Assembly: GCF_003918875.1 (NCBI RefSeq)
Contig: NW_025765914.1
Coordinates: 372,001-436,000 of the forward strand
Length of the DNA: 64,000 nt
Direction: 5' to 3'
From: Haliotis rubra
Lineage: Eukaryota
Every line of letters starts with the position of its first letter. Position 1 is the stretch's first letter. A model generated the notes under the pieces. That model ran no database searches, had not been told where the DNA came from, and was given only the letters and a program-made list of their open reading frames with translations. This document shows positions 1 to 12,400 of this stretch, piece by piece. The position numbers and the translations under genes were made by a program.

Positions 1-995
1 CGACGGTACGTTGATGCATCATTAAAATGACTTACGTTGATGCATCATAGAAAATACTGTACGTTAATGCATCATAGACATGACTACGTTGATGCATCAT
101 TAAAATGACTTACGTTGATGCATCATTTAAATGACTTACGTTGATGCATCATAGAAAAGACTGTACGTTGATGCATCATAGACATGACTACGTTGATGCA
201 TCATTGAAATGACTTACGTTGATGCCTAATAGAAATGACTGTACGTTGATGCATCATAGAAGACACTGTACGTTGATGCATCATAGACATGACTACGTTG
301 ATGCATCATAGACATGACTATATGTTGATGCATCACTGAAATGATAACGTTGATGCATGATTGAAATGACTGTACGTTACGTTGATGCATCATTAAAATG
401 ACTTACAGGTACGTTCATTCATAATAGAAAAGATTGTACGTTGATGCATCATAGACATGACTGTACGTTGATGCATCATAGAAATGACTGTACGTTGATG
501 CATCATAGACATGACTACGTTGATGCATCATTGAAATGACTTACGTTGATGCCTAATAGAAATGACTACGTTGATGCATCATAGACATGACTACGTTGAT
601 GCATCATAGACATGACTATATGTTGATGCATCACTGAAATGATAACGTTGATGCATCATTAAAATGACTTACAGGTACGTTCATTCATAATAGAAAAGAT
701 TGTACGTTGATGCATCATAGACATGACTGTACGTTGATGCATCATAGAAATGACTGTACGTTGATGCATCATAGAAAAGACTGTACGTTGATGCGTCATA
801 GACATGACTGTACGTTGATGTATCATAGACATGACTGTACGTTGATGCATCATAGACATAGCTATACGTTAATGCACCATTGAAATGACTACGCTGATGG
901 ATCATTGAATTGACTGTACGTTGATGCATCATTTAAATGTTTACGTTGATGCATCATTAAAATGACTGTACGTTGATGCATCATAGACATGACTG
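1..995. repeat. Minisatellite, ~24-27 bp unit (CATGACTGTACGTTGATGCATCATAGA), runs off the window start
   Basis: Visible tandem periodicity; each unit carries the palindrome TGATGCATCA. Confidence 0.95.
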
Positions 996-2979
996 CACTT
1001 TACTGCATCAGTAATAATGAATTTTTTGATTGGCAGCTTAGTGTCGCATCATAATGGAATAAATATGTTGTTACCTATAATATGTCTTATAAGTTCTATC
1101 TTGAGATATGGGATGGAGTTTTTGTGACTTAAAAAATAGAATAATTTTGTTGAAACAACATAATACATGATAAATGTGAAATACACAAAGACATGGAATT
1201 TCCTGCGCTTACTGTGAATACATCACGAAACCATGTAGAGGAAATACTTCATCAACGACGCAAAGTGAGCACGTAGCTTAAAATGTATCAGGTGTTGGGA
1301 ACAATGACACTCGTTAATCCGTACGGTGCTATTTGGTGTGAAGATGCACATGTAATTAAACTTTGGATTAACAAAATCTGGGTGCGAGATATTGTTAATC
1401 TATATACAGACGCACTGATCTGAATCCGTCCTGGGCTAATAGTATGCAGATGGTTTTATGGTTCAAGTTGAACCCAAAGAGATCCGCCCGGAAAGGATCT
1501 ATTTCAGTCCAAAGGGACGCTCCCTTGGAACTTTTTGGAAATCAGCTTCTGTAGTGATAAAACTCTTCCTCGTTAAGCAACAGCTATAAAATAATATTTG
1601 CAAATGTTAGCTCGTTGCTTGATTTATCAGCGCGAAAAATGAAATATAAATGTAATCACATGTGTATAAGAACAGTACATTTTTCGGGATGTTATATAAA
1701 ACATTTACTTATCGTAATCTTATTAACGTAGCGTCATAACGTCACAGACACCAGGTGTCAATCCTAATACATAGAACTGAACGGTATTGCCCATGATTTG
1801 TGACAATGATTAAAGAAAGTCGCCGTACTCGGGTCAATTGATATTGCTTTGACCTTGACCTCCTTATACGACAGCTGCGCCTAAAGGAAGGGTAATGGGT
1901 TGGGGATTGTGGTGTTGGGGGTACAGTATATTAACAGATTGTCAGGTCGAACATGTGACGGATGTTTTTGTGGCATAGTTATTAGTATAAATACCTAAGG
2001 CACTGACATGTCTGGTGATAAATTGTAACTGTTTGTTCAACAAACGTCATGGGTTCCATTGTCATATCTTTGACAGAATGGAATCATACTGCACCCATGT
2101 GCAGAATCAAACCCGGGTCTTCGTCTTTGTGGCGAATGTTTAAACACTAGACTACCCAAACGTCCTGAATAAACCATATCGACGAGAGTACAAAAGCATA
2201 CATGATATGCGTCAAATATATACCATAGCCTTCATATAAGCAAGACCAAAACAATTAATAGGCAAAGATATATACGGTGTTATTGAACAGGATCTACAGT
2301 TATATGAACGGTAAAACAAGATGAGCAAGGCATATTTGCAAAACTTGTCTAAGAAAACGCCATGAAAGACACTTCGGTGATGCTTGCTTTTAACGTTACT
2401 GTGATGGTCTGTACAACCACAAATTACTCCATAACATATATAAAAACACTGTAAAACACTGGTCACACACTGGACGGAACTGGATCAATAAAGATGCCTA
2501 ACAAAGAACAATGGCTTATTACCGTGAGGACATGAGATTCTACACTGAACACAAAAGTTGAAGGCTCATATGTTTCTGTTGATGTGTTGATAGGCTGTAC
2601 ACACAGGTTAAAACGTTTATGATCTCCAACATATTAGTCGAGTATAGTCACAAAATAATGAAGGTTTCGGTTTCAATGACTGACGTTGGGTCAGATGAAG
2701 GTCAAGGCTTTTGCAAACGTGACACATCATCACATAAAAACAATAATTATATGATGTTAGAAATATGATCCCAGGTATAAACACTTGTTACAAACATGTA
2801 TGATAACATCAATAGTAAATCTCTAATTACACTAAACCACACGGATGTTATTACTGGTAACGACTTCCTAGTGCGTAATGATTAGTAAAACACTGGTGCT
2901 ACTTGTATGCTAGCATTGAACTGTTTGGGGAAATCTCCCTCGGCGACTTTTGGCATCAACAAACAGGAGACTTTCAGTC

Positions 2980-3430
2980 TCAAAGACGTTCCACCATTTC
3001 CAGGAACCCTCCACTGATGTATCCGTCCTCCTTCTCGTTCTTCCCCTTGTCGATAGTTCCATTAACCCTGTTTTCTTCTTCCTTCTTCTCCTTATCAAAC
3101 ATGCTCTCAAAAGTAGTTTCGAAGCCTCCATTTTCTATGCCATTAGGCAGCGTTACCGACGACACAGTGTTCTTGGTCAGGTTGGTCTGAGAGTTGATGT
3201 TGTACAGCTTCTTCTTCTGTTTCGGCTTGTACTTGTACCAGTAGCACTCCAGGGCCAGAGTGATGAGAGCCAGGCCGGAGCCGATGACGATTACGAGGAA
3301 GACTCCGCCGATGTTTTTGATGCTGATGCCGTCGCTCTCGTTTTCGATCTTTGGGCACTCTTTTTGATCTTTCCTCCACCATTTGGTCTTCATTTCTTCC
3401 AGTTCTCTCTGGTTGATCAGCTGCAGGATA
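2980..3430 (-). CDS. IR25a: IR25a exon 15 (S2 end, M4, C-tail, stop)
   Basis: [24 protein letters not shown]; acceptor tcacag; TGA stop. Confidence 0.95.
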
Positions 3431-6400
3431 CTGTGAAGAGAAGGAACGGAGGTTCGTCTTTTATTGTGTTTGCATTGTTTGTTGTTTAACGTCGCACCCA
3501 ACAATATTCCAGTTATATGGCGGCGGTCTGTAAATAACTCAGTCGGGACCAGACAATCCAGTGATCAACATCAAGAGCATCGATATACGAAGACATGTGT
3601 CAACCAAGTCAGCAAGCCTGACCACCGTCGCCTCTTAAGACAAGAATGGGTTGCTGAGGATCATTTCTAATCCGAATCTTCACGGATAGGGACTGAGGTA
3701 CGTCTTTCATTAAGAAAATTACACACGAAAATGTAAAACATATACATGGAGAGATTAATCGGGGGTTCAGGTATATCATAGCGAGGTACTCCGATACTGA
3801 ACTCATTTAAACTCAACAATCAGCAATACTGTAGCCTCTTGACGATCTCTAAATAATACAGTCTCTGAACAGACACCCCCAGTGACTGGCATCATGGGCA
3901 TCGCTATAAGCAGCTGAGATGCAATAACATGCCATCAACAGAGTCATCAAGGACAAGCTGAGGTTGATGTAGTACTGAACCCCACAGTTCATGGAAATAA
4001 AGGGTTATTGTAATAAATCGTACATGTTAGACAGCTGACTCCGCAGAGGCGACCCCTCCTGCACCGCCAGGGCATAGGGCTTCCTTGAGAACTCCTCCCC
4101 CACCTCCCACAGGTCGCAGTCCGTCAGGGTGGAGTACTTGTTGACGGTGGCGTCCGCTGAAAGCAACACAACAACCATGGTCACTTGCCACAGACAATTC
4201 TACTACCAGACGTATATAAAACTGTGTTGAGTTAGACTTCACGTGGAATCAGGAGACGGTAGTACTACATAACACGTTTTGGAATAGAAAAATTGAGTCC
4301 TCGATTTGACGAAACAATGATTTTAACGAAAAGTCCACCACGCCATCTGTTTTAGAAAAAAGTATTTTTTGCTTTCTGCAAGTGGTATTGATTGGCTTAT
4401 TTTGCACAGAAGATATCATGATAATCCTTACATTTTGTTTGTGTAAGTAATACACGTTACTACTAGTGTCACCACAATCAGTCATTGCCTTATTGGACTG
4501 GCTAATGTTGATATAAACCCCATTCTTAAAATCACTGTTTGCAATATTTCAGCAGTATAATAACAGGGGAAGTATATAAAACAAAATCAACGAAACAAAC
4601 CACCTAAATTGACAAACCTAAGAAAGCAAGTAGCATTTTATATTATATATTTAAAACAACCTATGAAAAGAAGCAAGACAAGATGACTTACCAATGAAAG
4701 CAAATTCTCCAGTAAGGACTCTTTTGACGGCCTCATGCTTGTTGCTAGGGAACAGAGACGTCTTCATGGTTTCCCAGAGTTTGGTGTACTTGTCGCTCAC
4801 GGGGTAGTCCCACACTGCCAGCTTGGCCCGTGACACCACGTCCAGGTTGTCGTCGAGAGACATGTCTTTCCATATACTGACAGCAGAATGTGTACCGTTA
4901 GTTGGAACTTTTATATCTTACACCCGCATCAGAATGTTTCGGCACTACCACAGAGCTACCACAAGTATAACTTACATCTTCATCAAATTGTGTACCGTTA
5001 TGACATAAATATATACACTAGCGATACTGACTAAAGATGAATGAAAAGAGGAATGTACCAAAGAGGAATCTACACATGCAATACATCTGCAGCTCATTGC
5101 ATATATTTTACTGAGTCTATAGTGAGATAGTGAGTTCAATTTTACGCTGCTTTTAGCAATGTTCCAGCAATGTCACGGCGGGGGACACCAGAATCTTTAT
5201 GACTCTTTAGGTCAGTACACTAACAATACTTACACCTTCAGGAGAATGTGGGGGTGTGGTGGGGTGGGGGTGGAGGGTGGGGGTTTGGGTGTGTGTGTGT
5301 GTGGATTAGCCTAGTAGTTAACGCGTTCGCTCGTCACGCCGAAGACCCGGGTTCGAATCCCCACATGGGCACAATGTGTGAAGCCCATTTCTGGTGTTCC
5401 CCGCCGTGATATTGCTGGAATATTGCTAAAAGCGGCGTAAAACTATACTCACTCACTCACTCACTCAGGAGAATGTAAACTGATGTTGTCATATAGGTCC
5501 ATCAACAACAACTACGAACATCGATAGTTCACCAACAGTAAATTACCACAATTACATTATCGATGCTTACTTCCTTGGCACACGAATAATTCAATGTCCC
5601 ATAACCAGAGAGTTTTACCTTCAACAGAACGCTCGTGTTATTACTTCAGAAGCCCTTGCATCTTTGACAATCCATACAGTTAACGCTGTTTACCGAAAGG
5701 TTTATTCACTGTGAATTCACCAGGAAGGTTTGATTTTAATATGTATTATTAACATTAACAACTACATGCAAATAATATATTTGTAGAAAATCATAGCATG
5801 CTGTCTTACCCGTAGAACTTGTTTTCAATATCCGCCATTCGCTGGAAGTAGATTTGGGCGTTGCTGCCATTCATAGGTGCATACTTGACCTTGAATTGCT
5901 TCGAGAGGTCATCGAGGGACTCAATCGGTGTCTCCAGACGGGACACTGTCAGGAAGGCAGCCAGATTGGCGGTGTATGTGGCGATGATGATGAAACCAAA
6001 CAGCCACCAGGTGGCAGCAATCAGTCGCCCTGACAACGCACGTGGCGTCTCTCCTCCCCCTGAAGAACAGCCGTGTTTAAAACTTTATTTTAAATAATTT
6101 ATATTAGAGCTACTGTTTGCGGAGCTATCCACTTAATGCATAAAATCGCTTAAGGAAGATATGACAACCGTATAATATCTCAGGTTTATAGTTGCGTTGA
6201 ATTTTGAAATTGAAATTTGAATGTGATAATATGTTTATAGTTTGATATGATAATAGTTTCTAAATTAATTTCGCATATTTTTTTATGTTAACCATGCAGA
6301 CGTACACTTACCGTTTGAAACAACCCACAATACTTATCCAAAATAATCCCTATGAAAGGACTGCTGAATGCAAATAAGAAAGACTGTGTAAAAATGTGAG

Positions 6401-9400
6401 GGATTACATTTTCTCAGTGAAGAACAGCTTCTAGTACTGTGGGGACTTGTGTCGCTTTTGAATCCACACTTTCAGAGTAGGACACCTAATCGCCTGCACA
6501 CAAAGTCTGCGATTTAACCCACACAGCCGCGGCGGCTTCCACTGAAGTCACTAAATCTTTACTGTACTGAGAAGTCCCAAGTATAACGGGTTACAATTAA
6601 CCACATTTTAAAAGGCAGCGTTCTTCCAGTGTCCAGCAAAGATTATGAAGGTAAAATGTATGGCTATATCATACTGATAACATTAAAGTTCAATTAGTTA
6701 AGTTAAGGTTCATAGTCGGGGTAAAAGTGAAGACCCCACGAATCAACTTGAATTTTGCCATCATTCACAATCTCTTATTTTGTAACGGCAAGTTTTAGAT
6801 GTCTTTCTGTAAAAGCGCCAAACTCAAAATCACTAGTAAAATAATGGCTCCATGAATCAGATTTGAATACCTTACTGGATGACTCCGTGACACAACGGAA
6901 CCACACGTCACCTATCTGGGAATAGAGAATATGTGACAAAAGCATCGCTTACCCTGCGGCGTCAGTGACATCATGCAGAACCAGATGCCTTCCTTCAACG
7001 AGAACACTCTAGGTTCGGGGCCATCCCCATTCCATTCTTGCTTGCTGTTTTGGTAGCTGAAGGGGCTGAGTTTGTCAAAGACGCAGATGAGGATGCTGAA
7101 GAGGAAGAAAGCGCCAATGATGCATCCCCACACATCCTCGTCCAGGACGCTGAGGAACTTGACCAGGGAATAGTCAAAGCTCGGCTTCTTCATCAGGATA
7201 GTCAAGCCTACCAGATCATAGTAGGGAACAGTGAAATCCACCACATTCTCCCGCTCTGCCATCACTGAGATTGGACCGACTGCTATTTCAGCTCTCTGAA
7301 GAAATAAACACAACCACTTGATTACTAGACTGTGTTACTATAGTAACAAGAATTATGTTAACTATATTCATATATTAAGCAGCATTCTTTCTGATATCCC
7401 CATATAGTTGATAAAATCAGGAAACTTCTTCAAGTAGCACTTAGAAGCTGGCATGGTGAAGAGGAACAAGTTTTATGGTTTGACAACTTCTTCATTGCAA
7501 TAGAGAAGATGATGATCTGCTTAACTTGTTCCTCCAAACTCAGGTATATATAATAACATTTGGGTTTTGAAGATAGCCCGCCACTAGGGTTTCCAAAAAA
7601 AACCCGTAGCCACTTGACAGAAGAGATTTTGCCTGCTTCGGAAAAGGCGATGTCAGTGTCACCACTGCTTTGACTATTATTGACTCCGGCTGACAGTGGC
7701 GAAACCAAGACACAATCAAGGTTAGAAATCGTTCAGCCAAATATCTGTTCCTGCTCTAAAATTTAGGCTTTTTCGGTTCTGGATTCAGACTCCTGCGTGT
7801 AGGAACAGAACCCATGCCCAGTTCAACGAACAGGATATCAAACACACTCGTGCCTACTGTCCTGGGTATAGCGATATGACGGTGTGGTGTGTCATCGATC
7901 ATCCAGAATCATTTCGTGCATTGTAATAACGTTGATGGGGACAGGTGGCATTTTCTGATCTTGGATCGCCATCCATGCTCTCTTTCCCGATCTTGCCTCC
8001 ATCGCAACAGTGGTACAAGAAGGAGCACCGTTCCCTAAAGTTGACACCGTGTCCAGACAAAAAAGGGTTTTGAGTTAGTCCATTCAGCTGGGTACACTCG
8101 ATGACAGCTGGGTATATTTTCATTAAACGGAATACCAAGCCTTGATGGATTGTATTTGCTTGAAATGCAGTCTGTCAACGCACGAAGTACTAAACGCCCT
8201 TCGTACACGTTGATTGTTTAAAATATCACCTGTGTGCATCCTTCGTGGTTCAAACATTTTTAAAACCCCGTACAATCTCTCTTCCTTAACGACATACTCC
8301 GTGGCCAAGTAACCTCTACCAGGAGAGTGAAAGGTGGGTTCTTAGACCTCGCACAAAATGACATTGAAGAGGCTGAACATGTTGTTACCGTTCCTAACGA
8401 TGATATGAACATGACCTGTCTACTTGAAATCAGCATAACATGTCTGGGAAAACCACGTGAAGACACCAGCTTTTATGCTTTACTATATAACTTCAATTAC
8501 TAAGAAGGCGACATTCAACCCCATGCCGCATTGCCTCACTTGAGGAGTGAGTGAGTTGGGTTTTACGCCGCTTTTAGCAATATTCCTGCAATCCCACTGC
8601 TGGAGACATCAGAAATAGGCTTCACAAATTGTACCCAAGTAGGGAATCAAACCTGAGCCTTAGACGAGCGAAAGCTTTAACCTGGGGCTCCTTTCACGAA
8701 GCAATCTTTACTAAGGTTAACCTTTAACTCCCATTCTTTAACATAGCACTAAGGTTACCTTAGTGACTTACGATCACCTTAGTGCTTTGTGAAAGGCATC
8801 CTCGGATGATAATCACCGCCCCTACGTGACTTGAGTTAACAGAGCAATCGATTGCGTCACAGAGACAAGAATCCTCGCCACTTGAAATAGAATCACGATA
8901 TATCGCGATAAGAAAATAATCATTAAAGCTGTGTGGAAATACTTATTGATTGAAAACGAGCGATTCCGCCGATGAAGAATAGAACTTTTGTGAATGCATT
9001 ACAGAAAATCAGTGTGCACGCCTTATGTGCATATCCAGCTATTCATTATGCATACACAGTTTTTATTGGACAGTACCATTGCCACATAGGCCTGAAGACT
9101 CCAAATAATGGTCATAGTTCGGTCCTGTGTTGCCTAACGTTGACAAACGTGTCGTACTCAGTGAAATTCTCTTAATTTCTACCATATAATACCTTGATTG
9201 ACATGGTATTTTGAATAAAAGCAAGTGAAACAATGTGAACATATAATACAGTTCTCTAAAACTCCTAAAGCAATTATGAAATTTCATAAGTGTGTTTATG
9301 AAACGGAAACATTAATGCATCGTTTCCATTTGTCACCTTCTGAATGAGTTCATTGATGAGGCCACTCCAGCTTCCATCAGACGCCATGGAGCCGACCAAG

Positions 9401-12400
9401 CCGTCAGGGCTGTCGTATATCTCATAGGTGAAGCTCATCCGGTCAGCAATCTTGTCCAACAGCTCAATGCAGTAACCGGAGTATTTAGGCTCTGTGCCGT
9501 TCTCGCCTCCTTCCTTATACACAAACGGATGCATCTGTAACATGCCATAAAAACTTCGTGCGTAAAAAAGAAACACATCTTTGTTGATCCATTTCAATAA
9601 TAATAAGTCCCATTGCTATAATTTGAATTGTGATTTTAAACTGCTTACTGTCTGAAGTCTGTTGAAGAAAAGCAGTTTGTTATACCCAACTCGATCCCCG
9701 TTTGTGGTCAAACATAACGTTGTATTTGTAATTCACTTGCATATATATGGTTTTGTCGCTGTATGGCTGACAAAATGCAACATTCAACTCTACCCGTGAC
9801 GATCCGGGATAGAATTGGTCTTCAGCAACCCATGCTTGTCGAAACAGGCGACTAACGGGATCGGGTGGTCAGACTCGCTGACTTGGTTGACACAGGTCAT
9901 TGTATCCCAATTGCGTAGAACGATGCTCACGATGCTGATCACTGGATTGTCTGGTCCAGACTCGATTATTTACAGACTGCCGCCATATAGCTGGAATATT
10001 GCTGACGTCAACCAACCAACCAAATTATATCCCATTCACTCACCTAGACCCAGGTGGATCAGTATGCTCTAGAATATCATGTTCAGCTCTAAGTATTGGT
10101 GTTCAGCCAAAGGACTATACATGTGCCTGCTCTTGTGCATAAAAGACTAAGAAAGAACATTCTAATGAGAGGCTAAGATTTGGTTTTCCTGTCTTGCCAA
10201 TGCTTCTAAAACGTCCCCCAAACCCTACATACACGCCTTGATAATGCTGAAATATTGTTTAAAGTGTCGTTGAATTTCACTCACTCACTCACACATCGTC
10301 ATGGTAACTTACGCCTGGGACAGTGACGACCCTGTAGTGTCTCTTGGTGCTTGACGTGGTCAGGGACGCCACACTGAGGGACAGGCCAGTCTGCTCCGTC
10401 CAGTTGCCGACCTGAAGAGTACAAGGTGGACAGGTCACCATGTATGGACACCACCAGCTGATGTTGCCCACCAAACGCCAAATGGTGTTAGTTATTACCG
10501 ACTACCTCTGTCATGGAGAATCAGATGGATCTATCAAACGGTTTACCGGCATGCAAATACAGCACAGTTTGCTGTCCAAACACAGAATGTTTTCTTTTAT
10601 GAAAATGTATATACGTTTATGTTTTTTGTCCATTTCAATCATTACTTCCTTGTCTCCAAACATATGTCCTAAATGTCCGGTTCTACTGACCATAATTTTA
10701 CTCATGTAGATATAAGTTCATCGTCATCTTGTCGTATTAACTGATATGACTATGATTGTACAGTGTTATACTGACCATGTTAAAATGTGTTATTCTGGTT
10801 ATGTTATGTTGTGTTCTACCGACCATGTTCTGCTGTGTTCTACCGACGATGTTCTGTCGTGTTATACAGACCATGTTCTGCTTTGTTATACAGGCCATGT
10901 TCTGACGTGTTCTACAGACCATGTTCTGACGTGTTCTACAGACCATGTTCTGCTGTGTTATACAGACCATGTTCTGACGTGTTCTACATACCATGTTCTG
11001 ACGTGTTCTACAGACCATGTTCTGCTGTGTTATACAGACCATGTTCTGACGTGTTCTACAGACCATGTTCTGACGTGTTCTACAGACCATGTTCTGACGT
11101 GTTCTACAGACCATGTTCTGCTGTGTTCTACAGACCATGTTCTGACGTGTTCTACAGACCATGTTCTGACGTGTTCTACAGACCATGTTCTGACGTGTTC
11201 TACAGACCATGTTCTGACGTGTTCTACAGACCATGTTCTGACGTGTTCTACATACCATGTTCTGCTGTGTTCTACAGACCATGTTCTGCTGTGTTATACA
11301 GACCATGTTCTGTCGTGTTCTACAGACCATGTTCTGCTGTGTTATACAGACCATGTTCTGCTGTGTTATACTGATCATGTTCTGCTGTGTTATACTGACC
11401 ATGTTCTGCTGTGTTACCATGTTCTGCTCTGTTATACTGATCATGTTCTGCTGTGTTATACCGACCATGTTCTGTAGTGTTCTACCGACGATGTTCTGCT
11501 GGGTTATACTGACCATGTTCTGCTGTGTTATACTGACCATGTTCTGCTGTGTTATACTGACCATGTTCTGCTGTGTTATACCGACTGTGTTCTGCTATGG
11601 TATACTCATCATATTCTGCTGTTATACTGACCATGTTCTGCTATGTTATACCGACCATGTTCTGCTGGGTTATACTGACCATGTTCTGCTGTGTTATGCT
11701 GACCATGTTCTGCTGTGTTATACTGACTATGTTCTGCTGTGCTATACTGACCATGTTCTGCTATGTTATACTGACCATGTTTTGCTGTGTTATACTGACC
11801 ATGTTCTGCTGTGTTATACCGACCATGTTCTGCTGTGTTATACTGACCATGTTCTGCTATGTTATACAGACCATGTTTTGCTGTGTTATACCGACCATGT
11901 TCTGCTGTGTTATACTGACCATGTTCTGCTGTGCTATACTGAACCTGTTCTGCTGTGTTATGCTGAACCTGTTCTGCTGTGTTATACTGACCATGTTCTG
12001 CTATGTTATACTGACCATGTTCTGCTGTGTTATACTGAACCTGTTCTGGTGTGTTATACTGACCATGTTCTGCTGTGTTATACTGATCATGCTCTGCTGT
12101 GTTATGCTGAACCTGTTCTGCTGTGTTATACTGACCATGTTCTGCTGTGTTATGCTGAACCTGTTCTGCTGTGTTATACTGACCATGTTCTTGTTATTGT
12201 CGTCCCCTCCATCAAATTCAATTCTGTTGATTTTCAAAGAGAAGTTGTAGCGAAGAATGCCTTGTTGAAGGGATAGTGCCCCATACACTCCATTCCATGA
12301 TATCTAGATGAAACAACATTGTGATATAATAAAACCCGGTAAAAGTGCTGTGTGCTGGCGATTAGCTGCCTGACTCTGAGGGTGGGGGTTCGAATCCCGG

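Noticed and set aside
1-995. CRISPR-like repeat/spacer appearance
   Set aside because: Eukaryotic context, spacers are mutually homologous, no cas genes.
2950-3489. 179-aa plus-strand ORF and other antisense ORFs over exons
   Set aside because: Antisense shadows of GC3-rich IR25a exons.
10737-12276. 200-340 aa periodic ORFs on both strands
   Set aside because: Products of the 24-bp minisatellite; only 12184-12303 is exon.
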